Virus genome (UHGV): UHGV-0217460
Source: a virus
Direction: 5' to 3' (one strand)
DNA: 44,522 bases
This document shows positions 33,952 through 42,749 of this stretch, in pieces. The notes under the pieces were generated by a model. It had not been told where the DNA came from. It saw only the letters and a program-made list of their open reading frames with translations, and did not search any database. Within the stretch, counting starts at the first letter, position 1, and every line of letters starts with the position of its first letter. The position numbers and the translations under genes are program-made.

Positions 33952-35337
33952 TTATTCATTGTTAAATATCACAGATAATGTCTTCTCCATATCTACCACC
34001 AGATTAACAACCAATGCATTTCCCATCATAAATCTACGTTTTCTTAATGGCATCTTCACAGTCTCTCCTTTAACCAAACAATACTTTGTATGGTCTGTAG
34101 GAAATCCCTGGATTCGTTCTGCTTCTGCTGCAGTAAGTAATCTCACTCTTCCAGTCATCTTATCTTTCACAATATGAGTTGTTCTACTGAATCCACCCTC
34201 AGATGTCAGCATTGTACGTGCCGGTTTATCTTCCTGATCGATCATAGGAATAGCACCTTCTGAGAATACATATTCATGACCTGTCGAACTTGTACGCAAC
34301 AATTTTTTTGCACCTTTCAGGTACTGCCAGGTCTGTCTATCTTCCTTTGAAAGACACTGATCCGTTTCATCGCTATGTGTGACTGTTGGATCTGTATAAT
34401 ATAATTTTTCTTCCGGAATAAAATACTGCTCTTCTACTTGTCCAGTTTCCATAACATCGCCAAGCGTAATCTGCTTTCCATGATAATCGGGAACGGTCTT
34501 CATTGTATATATTATTCCATCTTTCATTATTCCGGAATTTTCAAATGCACATTGAAATGTTTCGGAGACTTCACCTACTTCTACCGGCAGTTTCTTAATT
34601 TTCATCTTAGCAGACTCTGCTTTATTTACTGGAAATGTTTCTGCAAAAAAGCCTTCTTTTAAGATTACATTTTCCATACATTCTTTCTTATATTCTTCTT
34701 CCAATGCATCTGTATATCCAATTGTATTTAAAACTCTATCCGCATATTTTGTATTATTTTTATAGGCAAAAATAAATGTTCTACGACGTCTCTGCTGATA
34801 CCCATATTCCGCAGCATTTATCACACGCCATTCCACTGTATATCCTTCATCTCGAAAACATGCAAGAATCACACCAAAATCTCTACCTCTTTGTTTTGCA
34901 GGAGATTTTAACAATCTATCAACATTTTCTAATAATACGAATGGTGGTTTCTTTGCTTCTAAGGTCTCACGTATTGACCACCATAAAATTCCTTTTTTTC
35001 CCTCGAGTCCTTTGGAAGTAGCTAATGAAGAAGCTACAGAATAGTCCTGACACGGGAATCCACCAACAAGCAAATTAAAGTCAGGAAGTGTTGTCTTATC
35101 CACATCTTCAATATTATAATTCGTGGTATCATCACCATTATTATCTAATCGTGTTCCAAATCGATATACATAACAGTCATGTGCGTACTGTGTATTTTTC
35201 TCTGCTGGCTCCCACTGACTAAACCAAACGGTATCCCATTTTTCTTCTTTTTCATAATCTTCTGCTGTTCTTATATTATTAAGCCCACATCTAAAGCCAC
35301 CTACTCCGGCGAACAATTCGCAAACTGTTTTCTTCAC
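33952..35337 (-). CDS. DNA (cytosine-5) methyltransferase, orphan
   Basis: Motif I ELFAGVGG, motif IV GGFPCQDYS, motif VI LLENV. Confidence 0.8.
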   Translation of the reverse strand: MKKTVCELFAGVGGFRCGLNNIRTAEDYEKEEKWDTVWFSQWEPAEKNTQYAHDCYVYRFGTRLDNNGDDTTNYNIEDVDKTTLPDFNLLVGGFPCQDYSVASSLATSKGLEGKKGILWWSIRETLEAKKPPFVLLENVDRLLKSPAKQRGRDFGVILACFRDEGYTVEWRVINAAEYGYQQRRRRTFIFAYKNNTKYADRVLNTIGYTDALEEEYKKECMENVILKEGFFAETFPVNKAESAKMKIKKLPVEVGEVSETFQCAFENSGIMKDGIIYTMKTVPDYHGKQITLGDVMETGQVEEQYFIPEEKLYYTDPTVTHSDETDQCLSKEDRQTWQYLKGAKKLLRTSSTGHEYVFSEGAIPMIDQEDKPARTMLTSEGGFSRTTHIVKDKMTGRVRLLTAAEAERIQGFPTDHTKYCLVKGETVKMPLRKRRFMMGNALVVNLVVDMEKTLSVIFNNE

Positions 35338-35383
35338 TTCTTTTACCTCTTTTTATATTCTTGTAAAGATCCTTTTCTATTTT

Positions 35384-35875
35384 TTAGTATGATTTTATAA
35401 AATCTTTAATCTGTTGTTTCAGATATTTCTTGTTAAACCAAAAGCATTGTTTTGTCATGTATTCTCCAGTAGGTATCAAAGTATTTTTCAATTCCTCTGG
35501 AATTTCTTTTAGCGTGATAACCTCTGCCGTTTTTTTCAACCTCACTGAATTAGCATTTTCACAAAAATACTCGCTCTCACCAGCTTTATTTCTTACATGT
35601 GCCACATTATTAAAGTTGCTTTTCGGAAAATTATTTTCATATACGAATACTGGATCTGTTACATTGGTCCTGTATACAGCACTGCGCCTGCATTCGCAAT
35701 AAACATATACCCTTACAAGATCATGCAGCGGAGTGATCGCTCCACATCTGCACCTGTAATGATCTGACTTCCGTCTTCCGCAATACGCATTCAGCATCCC
35801 ACACTTTTCACAGCGGATAGCAAGAAAACCTTTGTATCCTTCTTCCGGCTCTATTTTCTGTACTTTTTTGTTCAT
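35384..35875 (-). CDS. Cys-rich hypothetical protein
   Basis: Multiple CxxC pairs (CEKCG, CRCG, CEC). Confidence 0.4.
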   Translation of the reverse strand: MNKKVQKIEPEEGYKGFLAIRCEKCGMLNAYCGRRKSDHYRCRCGAITPLHDLVRVYVYCECRRSAVYRTNVTDPVFVYENNFPKSNFNNVAHVRNKAGESEYFCENANSVRLKKTAEVITLKEIPEELKNTLIPTGEYMTKQCFWFNKKYLKQQIKDFIKSY

Positions 35876-36058
35876 TTTTTCCCCTTTCCAAATTCCCGCC
35901 GTTATTAGTAATTACTCATGTTTGTGGGCTTTTTTGTGCTGCTCTGTGGTCCCTCCTTTTGGGCCGGGAAATGGAGGACTGTGATAGGCTCCCGGCCCAG
36001 GTAAAATTATCGGTCAGAGTGTATATCGTGACATATAAACCGACCACAAGTTTTTTAT

Positions 36059-36274
36059 CTATGTATCATCCCCGTTTGGGATCGGGGTGGATACCTTTTT
36101 TATAGCTTTATGCGTCCGTCTGTTTGGATCTGGGCATAAAGCCGTGCCGTCATATGCTGGTCTCCTGAAGCTTTCGCTCATAGGAGATGGGTATTTTTCC
36201 AAATATGCCAGCTCGGCCATTTTCTTTTTTACACTTTTTTCATGGTATGTAACTTTATCCTTGTGACTTATCAT
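36059..36274 (-). CDS. Hypothetical protein
   Basis: 71-aa ORF overlapping the upstream gene end. Confidence 0.3.
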   Translation of the reverse strand: MISHKDKVTYHEKSVKKKMAELAYLEKYPSPMSESFRRPAYDGTALCPDPNRRTHKAIKKVSTPIPNGDDT

Positions 36275-36854
36275 TATCCATCCACTCTTTTACTTTATCT
36301 TGCATTATGCTGTCATAATCAGTGTCTCGCTGATCGTAGTTAAAAAAGGCATTCTGTTTCTTAGTCTGGCTTTTCCCAGACTTTGCTGACTTATCTTGTT
36401 CCCTTGCAAACCAGCTGTTCAAAAACCGTGGTGCACCTTTGCGTGTTTTTCGGCGTGTAGGGTTCGAATCACACCACCCAATAATCTTGTTAAGCTCCTG
36501 GTCACACTCAACGCCCGGGTACAACTTTTGCATCTTATCAAGTGCAGTTTTTGTTACTTCATATAATGTTCCATCATTAAGCTTAAATGCTCCAACTACA
36601 GGCCCGTTTTCTTCTTCCGGAATATCTTCCGCCGGTCTCCCACCTTTTGCTCCATTGGCCTTTCGCTTGATATTGGCATCTATTTGAGGCTTAGCCATCT
36701 CGTATATGGACATATACAGCTCTCCATTGTCTTCCGGTTCTTCTCCTTCCAGCCCATAATCAATGATTGCCCATAGAGCTTTAAGCTGTTGGTTTTCTGG
36801 CAGCCGCTTGATAGCTTTTGAAAAACTGCTGTAAAAAATCAAGCTATCTCTCAT
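36255..36854 (-). CDS. Phage replisome organiser-like protein (conserved phage C-terminal domain)
   Basis: RBS GGGAGG. C-terminal KIIGWCDSNP...FLNSWF resembles the conserved C-terminus of phage replication proteins. Confidence 0.4.
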   Translation of the reverse strand: MRDSLIFYSSFSKAIKRLPENQQLKALWAIIDYGLEGEEPEDNGELYMSIYEMAKPQIDANIKRKANGAKGGRPAEDIPEEENGPVVGAFKLNDGTLYEVTKTALDKMQKLYPGVECDQELNKIIGWCDSNPTRRKTRKGAPRFLNSWFAREQDKSAKSGKSQTKKQNAFFNYDQRDTDYDSIMQDKVKEWMDNDKSQG

Positions 36855-37179
36855 TTCGCCCAGCCTCCCACTCCCGGTAAATTTTTATCCAGTCGGAAAG
36901 CCGCATGGTCACAAGCCATTCGCAGCGATCACGCCTGTGGAATACCGCCGGGAGGAGTCCGGGAAACGCATCATTCACTGCCTGTGCTACCGCATCCAGA
37001 AGATTGAGTTTCTCAACCCTCTTGCACTCAACGTGGATGCCTGGAAGCCCGATTACATCAGCATTACCGGCTGCGCCGCAATACTGTTGCCCTCTTCGGG
37101 CATCGTATCCGTACTCCCGTAACACTCTGGAAAGTTCCCTCTCTCCGCGTTTTCCTTTTTCTCTCTGTATCTTACCCAT
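36844..37179 (-). CDS. PD-(D/E)XK nuclease, putative Holliday junction resolvase
   Basis: GERELSR...ADVIG...HVECKR matches the E-D-ExK signature. ATG at 37179 with RBS GGAGG. Confidence 0.5.
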   Translation of the reverse strand: MGKIQREKGKRGERELSRVLREYGYDARRGQQYCGAAGNADVIGLPGIHVECKRVEKLNLLDAVAQAVNDAFPGLLPAVFHRRDRCEWLVTMRLSDWIKIYREWEAGRNER

Positions 37180-37546
37180 CACAACAACCTCCAAACAATG
37201 ATAGCTGCTCATAGTTTTCTTTATCAGGCGGTTTCATTTTCCTAGCGAAACGCTTAGCCCCTCTTTCTGCTGTCTTTATGCTTCTGCATCTTCTATCCTG
37301 TGTCTCAATCCATCGGGCCGCTTCTCTCCGTCCCTGTGCGTCTGTACGTGGGATATAATAGCCCAGTCCGTTGTCTGCTGTGAGAATTGGGCGATCATAC
37401 CGCAGTATCTCAATCGCTTTCCGCACCGCCCTGTCTGGCAATCCAGTTACCCGGCATAATTCCCTGCGGCTCGTGGCGTTTTCCTTACCTACACCAATCG
37501 CATTATATACAGTTGCTGTTGCAGCAGATGTTAATCTAAAATCCAT
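37172..37546 (-). CDS. Hypothetical wHTH-like protein
   Basis: 124-aa ORF with Arg-rich C-terminus. Confidence 0.35.
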   Translation of the reverse strand: MDFRLTSAATATVYNAIGVGKENATSRRELCRVTGLPDRAVRKAIEILRYDRPILTADNGLGYYIPRTDAQGRREAARWIETQDRRCRSIKTAERGAKRFARKMKPPDKENYEQLSLFGGCCDG

Positions 37547-37656
37547 AGCTTTTCCTTTCTGCTTGCCTGCATGTCATAAATATGATTTTCCAAACTCCCT
37601 CCGGAAATCTTCCCGGCTCCCGTAGTGAGTCTCATAATACTGCTGTGCCTTACATT

Positions 37657-37860
37657 TTAGGATCTCGTCAACCTCTGGTCCATGTGGACACTGTACGGCG
37701 TCATATTGTGCCAGTCCGGGCGGAGCGGCACCAGAAACCCATATTTCTCTGACAGCTTCCGGTTTGCCCCGTTAAACACATGATGGATAGCCACGTTACT
37801 TGATCCGGTGATGATGCAATGCTCCAGATCATCTGCTAAAACACTATACAGTCTTTTCAT
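37657..37860 (-). CDS. Hypothetical protein
   Basis: 67-aa ORF. Confidence 0.3.
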   Translation of the reverse strand: MKRLYSVLADDLEHCIITGSSNVAIHHVFNGANRKLSEKYGFLVPLRPDWHNMTPYSVHMDQRLTRS

Positions 37861-37871
37861 GTTTTAAGCTC

Positions 37872-38462
37872 CTAACTCGTTTTGGTGGTTTCAACAAAAC
37901 GTTGGTTGTTTTGCTCATAGAGCTGTTTCATCCGTTCCAACTCCTCTGGTGTGGCTGTCTCTATCCCGATCGCCTTACATTCGCTTATCAGGCCATCCAG
38001 AAGGTGTGTCATTTCTGCGCTGTCGTAATTGCTGGATCCTTTAAGTAGCACATAGGTTCTATAGCTTACGCCATCACTTCCAGCCACGACCTGTGATGTA
38101 GGTTTTAAATGAAATGTTTCTCTTTCAATCACATCATTTTCCGCTTCTTCTGTGTCAGGTATCCGCGCATAGTATCGAGAACCATCGAACAGCTCTACCT
38201 GTCCATATCCTCTAAGCATAAGATTATGCGCTCTTGGCTTTGAGATATGTGCTGCCTCTGCCAGCTTAGACAGCAATACCCAGTAATAAGAATTGCTGTC
38301 AAGGCTGCGCTTGTCTCGCCACTGCTTTGCAGTCAACCTAAGGGGTTTATCCCGCATGCCATCAATCTGGCCTGATATATCATCTTCAGCTTCGAAAGTT
38401 ACACGGAGTTTTCCCGTTGCCCAGTCTCGCGTTACATCAGTTAATGTGCATTTACACTCCAT
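37872..38462 (-). CDS. Hypothetical early protein
   Basis: 196-aa ORF downstream of the ERF gene. Confidence 0.4.
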   Translation of the reverse strand: MECKCTLTDVTRDWATGKLRVTFEAEDDISGQIDGMRDKPLRLTAKQWRDKRSLDSNSYYWVLLSKLAEAAHISKPRAHNLMLRGYGQVELFDGSRYYARIPDTEEAENDVIERETFHLKPTSQVVAGSDGVSYRTYVLLKGSSNYDSAEMTHLLDGLISECKAIGIETATPEELERMKQLYEQNNQRFVETTKTS

Positions 38463-38470
38463 AAGCTACC

Positions 38471-39100
38471 TCACTTCCGCGTAAGACTCTCATCTGCCTT
38501 GTCTGGCTTTTTATTAAGTATTTCCATTGCTTTTTTCCAATCCTCAAGTCTAAGATCATGCACGTCAGTCACATTGTATGTCTGCAATATTCCTTTAAGG
38601 CCTACCCCAGTTCGTTGAAGCTCGGCAAATAATTCATTTACGTACCCCGCTTCAAGCACTGGCTTACTCGGCAGCGGTGTTTCTGCATCTGGGTCTTTCA
38701 TTTCTTCTGTCGGGATGCAAAAAACCTGGAAGCACGCATATTTAAATGCTATTGACATTGCTTTGTTGGTCGCTTTGTCGCCGCTGTCCATTCCTTCACC
38801 GATCACCGTTGCAGAAACGGAAGATCCATCTTCTGCATAAAAGGTATATTTCACAGTGCAGATGGAGTAGATCAGATTTCCGCCCTTTGCCGTGAGACGT
38901 TCTTCACGTCTCTGTTCCAAAATCTCCGGCACAACAAATAATTTGTGTTTTATCAGCGCCGGATTGATCGCATTCATGACAGCATCAATACCGCGATACA
39001 TGAATCGTTGCTGTTCATTTCGGCTATCCTTTCCAACCGCTCCGATTTCAGCCATGACGGCAGTTATCGTCTCATAAATATTTTTCTTCTTCTCATCCAT
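38471..39100 (-). CDS. ERF-family single-strand annealing recombinase
   Basis: Segment RFMYRGID...ATNKAMSIAFKYACFQVFCIP resembles the ERF core. Paired with a Gp157-like gene upstream. Confidence 0.55.
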   Translation of the reverse strand: MDEKKKNIYETITAVMAEIGAVGKDSRNEQQRFMYRGIDAVMNAINPALIKHKLFVVPEILEQRREERLTAKGGNLIYSICTVKYTFYAEDGSSVSATVIGEGMDSGDKATNKAMSIAFKYACFQVFCIPTEEMKDPDAETPLPSKPVLEAGYVNELFAELQRTGVGLKGILQTYNVTDVHDLRLEDWKKAMEILNKKPDKADESLTRK

Positions 39101-39108
39101 ACTCTCAC

Positions 39109-39600
39109 CTACTTAATCTGGAGATTCTGCCTTGCAACCAGCCGTGCCCCTTTGACTTCTGTGCCACTTTTCAAGAGCTTCTTAAGTGCTGTCTTATCCA
39201 CTACCGGATCAGCAATCTTGATACAGGATTGCGGCAAGGCGTTGACATCACCAGCAAATTCAACAGCTTCTGACTTTCTCCATGATGCTGATACACGCTC
39301 CGTCTGGAACTTCTGTCCATTCAGCACCCCGCTGACATATTCTTTAAGGCTTTCGGCTTTCGCTTCCGCTCTTGATTGTCGATCTGCAAAGGCCATTTTT
39401 TCTTTTTTCAGTGCCTCTGCATCCGACTGCAAATTTTTAATCCATAAAAGGATATTTTCTATTTTCTCATTAAGATCGCACTGTAAGCTATCAATGGCCG
39501 CATACGCTTCTGTATCAACAATCTCTCCTGTCTCTGGATCTAAGGCATTTTCAAACGCATTCATAATTTCCGCGTTGATCTGGTATAAATTCACGTTCAC
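39109..39600 (-). CDS. Siphovirus Gp157-family protein
   Basis: ~160 aa, N-terminal NLYQINAEI...LD pattern, and the usual position upstream of ERF/RecT. Confidence 0.5.
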   Translation of the reverse strand: MNVNLYQINAEIMNAFENALDPETGEIVDTEAYAAIDSLQCDLNEKIENILLWIKNLQSDAEALKKEKMAFADRQSRAEAKAESLKEYVSGVLNGQKFQTERVSASWRKSEAVEFAGDVNALPQSCIKIADPVVDKTALKKLLKSGTEVKGARLVARQNLQIK

Positions 39601-39680
39601 ATTCCTCCATTACGTTCTGCCTGTTTTTTCTTTGTTTTGCCCTATCTCTGCATTTACAGCACTCGTCTGCTTCGCAGCTA

Positions 39681-39854
39681 TCACACCGGCTGTTCATTTT
39701 CTTCACCATCAAGCAAAGCAATCATCACATCATCATCTACTATAGTCCCCGATTTGGCTTTTAAATATGCCAGCGTTGCACTTACTCGTCCTTTTAATAA
39801 GACCAGCTCTGTAAACTCCTCATACGGGATTTCAATCTTTTTTTTCTCTTCCAT
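39681..39854 (-). CDS. Small acidic hypothetical protein (57 aa)
   Basis: Unlisted ORF MEEKKKIEIPYEEFTELVLLKGRVSATLAYLKAKSGTIVDDDVMIALLDGEENEQPV with RBS GCAGGAGG. Confidence 0.4.
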   Translation of the reverse strand: MEEKKKIEIPYEEFTELVLLKGRVSATLAYLKAKSGTIVDDDVMIALLDGEENEQPV

Positions 39855-40023
39855 CTTGCATTCCTCCTGCGCACCTGCTAAACTGTAATTGTAATTTTTT
39901 TGTTAAATGGTCGTTCAGCTCCGTCAAGCTTGCGGCCTTTTTCTTTGGCTTGGCATACCCAGTGTATTTACTGCCTCCGCATAACGCGGCCGCTCTGTTC
40001 GTGCCATTTGCCCTCCTACTCAT
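39832..40023 (-). CDS. Small basic hypothetical protein
   Basis: ATG MSRRANG with strong RBS AAAAGGAGG. Confidence 0.4.
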   Translation of the reverse strand: MSRRANGTNRAAALCGGSKYTGYAKPKKKAASLTELNDHLTKKLQLQFSRCAGGMQDGREKKD

Positions 40024-40040
40024 GATTTCCTCCTTTTGGG

Positions 40041-40259
40041 TTAGATTGCATGTACCCACATAAATGCCGCAAACACAGCGACCACAAATCCAAAGGTTGC
40101 GCATCCGGCAACAAGCAGTGTTGTCAACATATCGGCCGCCAGATTAAGCACCTTAGAAAACTTTTTCTTCTGTCTTGGAGTCTCTTCTTTTTCGCTTTTC
40201 ACTGCCACATAACTAGGCATCTTTCCCTCATACTCACTTATAAACTTAAGACTTGCCAT
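40041..40259 (-). CDS. Small membrane protein (C-terminal TM)
   Basis: ATG MASLKF with RBS GGGGTGA. C-terminal LLVAGCATFGFVVAVFAAFMWV is hydrophobic. Confidence 0.4.
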   Translation of the reverse strand: MASLKFISEYEGKMPSYVAVKSEKEETPRQKKKFSKVLNLAADMLTTLLVAGCATFGFVVAVFAAFMWVHAI

Positions 40260-40299
40260 TTTTCTTTCACCCCAGTTTGTTCTCTTTTGGTTCTTCATT

Positions 40300-40863
40300 T
40301 TATTCCTCGTCTTTGTTTTTATGCACAACCATTTCAAATTTTTCACCATCTGGGATCATGATTTTTATTAACGGATAACTTTTAAAGTCTCGTGCGGTTG
40401 AGCTGCCCCACATCTCGCCGACCTGAGAGCTGCCACACATCTCGCCGACCTGAGAGCTGTCCAACATCACTCGTACATCGTTAAGCAGCTTTTTGACCTC
40501 GCAACGCTTAAGACGGTAAAAACCAGCTCTCAACTCCTCCAGTTTTTTGTCAACAAGTACATGTGTTCTCCACCAGTCGCATACTGATTCGCGGAACTCT
40601 TTCTCATGAGTTTCTTTATCAAACCAATCAGGAGTTATGTCTTGATCAACAACAAACATCCACTTCTCAGGGTTCTCTGCCGGATCAATCCACCACTCAT
40701 CATCTTTTTTCGGTACCAGCTCAGCCCGAACAAAGGTTTTTGATGCGCCTATGTAATCGTCCTTAATTCCGAGGCTTTCCAGCAAATCGGAATGGCTTTC
40801 ATTATCTTCTGGCGCAATTACGATTTTGTTTTTCAAGATAATTCCGCTCTTAAATCTACACAT
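40300..40863 (-). CDS. Hypothetical protein containing 9-aa tandem repeats
   Basis: RBS GGAGG. Contains a 27-nt tandem repeat that encodes SSQVGEM(C/W)G. Confidence 0.45.
   Translation of the reverse strand: MCRFKSGIILKNKIVIAPEDNESHSDLLESLGIKDDYIGASKTFVRAELVPKKDDEWWIDPAENPEKWMFVVDQDITPDWFDKETHEKEFRESVCDWWRTHVLVDKKLEELRAGFYRLKRCEVKKLLNDVRVMLDSSQVGEMCGSSQVGEMWGSSTARDFKSYPLIKIMIPDGEKFEMVVHKNKDEE
40402..40470. repeat. 27-nt tandem repeat (~2.4 copies) inside CDS
   Basis: GCTGCC(C/A)CACATCTCGCCGACCTGAGA occurs at 40402-40428 and 40429-40455, with a partial third copy. Confidence 0.7.
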
Positions 40864-40875
40864 TGTTTTCCTCCG

Positions 40876-41112
40876 TTAAATCACATTTTTTTTCTCGTCA
40901 TCCGTTATCCCGGCAGCCTTTAATATGGCCCACAGTTCCCGCAGCCGCATAGAGCCTGGATCCTGCTTTCTCAGCCGGTACGTTGACAGTTTCATTCCCG
41001 CCATTCTCGCCATACGCTGATCGTCATAGCGCTTGCGGGATTTGATAACGTCAAGGAGTATCTGGAGGTTTTCCCCCTTCTCCTCAGCGTATGTCTTTTT
41101 TTTAAGCGCCAT
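40876..41112 (-). CDS. HTH DNA-binding regulator
   Basis: ATG MALKKK with RBS GGGGGT. ARMAGMKLSTYRLRK looks like an HTH. Confidence 0.45.
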   Translation of the reverse strand: MALKKKTYAEEKGENLQILLDVIKSRKRYDDQRMARMAGMKLSTYRLRKQDPGSMRLRELWAILKAAGITDDEKKNVI

Positions 41113-41251
41113 ACTACCCCCGATCTTGATGCGCTTGTAATCAAAGCCAGTGTAAAAACCCCTAAGCATCCAATCTAACGCGTAGCACTGCTACCGTGTT
41201 GCGCCTACTTACGGGCCGGAGAGGCTCCTGCCAGCTCCGGGCATACAGCTA

Positions 41252-41352
41252 TTTACATTTACCTTTACATTTTCATTTACATTAACATTTACCTTTACAT
41301 TAGGTTTTCTGATAACATAACCTATGGTTTTTAAATTGCAAAACCTATGGTT
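41252..41352. repeat. Iteron-like repeat cluster: TTTACAT-type 7-mers (x6-8), 16-nt repeat x2, and AACCTATGGTT x2
   Basis: catttacctttacatt occurs at 41255-41270 and 41285-41300. AACCTATGGTT occurs at 41319-41329 and 41342-41352. Confidence 0.65.
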
Positions 41353-41354
41353 AT

Positions 41355-41573
41355 TTACTCCTTATGTGATATATTTTTTCCCTCATAGCAGGTTCCAAGT
41401 AAATCATCTGCCAAATGCCCTAACGGAATTTTTTCACCCGGCTGCACATCAGCCGCTTTCGGATATTCCAATCCGCTCTTGTCTCCGGTCAATACCGCAA
41501 TGGTCAGTTGATTTACTTTGTGCTGTAAGTATCTTATGTAATTAAAAAGATACTCCTCTTCGCTTTTCTTCAC
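41355..41573 (-). CDS. Hypothetical protein
   Basis: 72-aa ORF with GTG start and a weak RBS. Confidence 0.3.
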   Translation of the reverse strand: MKKSEEEYLFNYIRYLQHKVNQLTIAVLTGDKSGLEYPKAADVQPGEKIPLGHLADDLLGTCYEGKNISHKE

Positions 41574-41582
41574 TTTTCTCTC

Positions 41583-41753
41583 TCACAGCCTTCCAGTTGT
41601 TCTTCGTGAATCCTCGAATGCTTTAAGATCATCCTCGGAAACCCGATATTCTTTACCAATGCGGATCGCTGGGAGTTTCTTCTTTCTGATCCACTCCCAC
41701 ACCGTAATTATCTTTACGCTGTATCTCTCTGCGATTTCTCCGCAGTTATACAT
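41583..41753 (-). CDS. Excisionase-family (MerR-like) HTH protein, Cro/Xis-like first gene of leftward early operon
   Basis: Unlisted 56-aa ORF MYNCGEIAERYSVKIITVWEWIRKKKLPAIRIGKEYRVSEDDLKAFE matches the excisionase-type HTH. RBS AAGGAGGTGA. Confidence 0.55.
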   Translation of the reverse strand: MYNCGEIAERYSVKIITVWEWIRKKKLPAIRIGKEYRVSEDDLKAFEDSRRTTGRL

Positions 41754-42176
41754 TTTTGACAATGTATCACCTCCTTATAGTGCTTTTTAGTTGTGTTTAC
41801 CTTGCGTTTGTGATATGCTATATATGCCTTTTGGCAAGGAAAGGAGCTGGTGTCTATTGACCAAACTTTTGTCTTTGCCTGTTCCCTTTGCTTCTAACCC
41901 GCCCACACTGAAACCTCGACAGTCAAAACAGGTCAAAGGCGGCTCTGGTTGTTTTGTCAGCGATTAGGCATATTGCAGAACCAAGACTGCTAAAGTGACA
42001 AGGTGCTTCAAGAAGCATTTGGCACCATCATATGTGGCTCATGCCTGCAAAGTACATAGGGTAAACAAATTTGGAAAAGAACTGTTCAGAATGGTGCTCT
42101 GGGCAGTTTCTTTTTGCAGTTTTGCGTCAAAAATTGCATTCCTGACAAAAAACTTTATGCAAAAGTACAATTATAC

Positions 42177-42356
42177 TTGCGTATAGTTCGGTTTAGTGAT
42201 ATACTGTGAGTGTCAATCGAAGTAATCAACTTCACCGAGGTATTTCTTTTGCTTAGCTCGTTCCACCGAACTATGTGTATACTATAACACGGTAAACCGA
42301 ACTAGTCAATAGTTTTATCTCAATTTTCTAAACTATTTTTTGAGGTGCGAACTATG
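42177..42356 (+). promoter_or_regulatory. Lysogeny promoter/operator region with 4 copies of a CCGAACTA(T/G) operator-like motif
   Basis: TTGCGT-17-TATACT promoter (42177-42206) with an operator copy in its spacer. Further copies at 42266, 42297 and 42347, the last overlapping the XRE RBS and start. Confidence 0.5.
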
Positions 42357-42737
42357 TATGAAATTTTTAAAATGCTGTGCGAAGAAAAAGGTATAACGAC
42401 ATACCGTTTCTGCAAAGACACCGGGGTAAACTCCTCAACAATAAGCACATGGAAAACAAAAAATTCCGTATGCAGTTCAAGGCTCGCCGGAATAGTTGCC
42501 AAATATTTTGGAGTGTCCGTTGATTATGTACTTACAGGAAAGGAGGAGGTTGCCGTTGCACAGGAAGAGCACATTGATTTAAAAGCGGAATTTAACCGCA
42601 TCAAGAAACTGTTGGAAAGCGGGGAAAACGCACCGTTGTACTTTGACGGGCAACCCGCAGATCAGGAGAGCATCAACTTGCTGCTCGATCAGATCAAGAT
42701 ATCTGTTGCGCTTATGGAACGTATGCGCAAAAAATAG
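42354..42737 (+). CDS. XRE-family HTH transcriptional repressor (phage cI-like)
   Basis: Cro/C1-type HTH ITTYRFCKDTGVNSSTISTWKTK...VAKYFGVSVDYVL. RBS GAGGTG. Paired with ImmA downstream. Confidence 0.8.
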   Translation: MYEIFKMLCEEKGITTYRFCKDTGVNSSTISTWKTKNSVCSSRLAGIVAKYFGVSVDYVLTGKEEVAVAQEEHIDLKAEFNRIKKLLESGENAPLYFDGQPADQESINLLLDQIKISVALMERMRKK

Positions 42738-42749
42738 GAGAAGTGGAAC

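Noticed and set aside
38945-39745. 266-aa plus-strand ORF spanning the ERF and Gp157 genes
   Set aside because: It is fully antisense to two recognisable minus-strand genes and its sequence is a Ser/Leu-rich mirror image, so it was read as a shadow ORF.
41252-41300. CRISPR-like array from TTTACAT repeats
   Set aside because: The units are 6-7 nt, irregular, and lack unique spacers of protospacer size, so they were called iterons/operators instead.
41995-42186. 63-aa plus-strand ORF in the divergent regulatory region
   Set aside because: It sits across the promoter/operator region with no RBS and is probably spurious.
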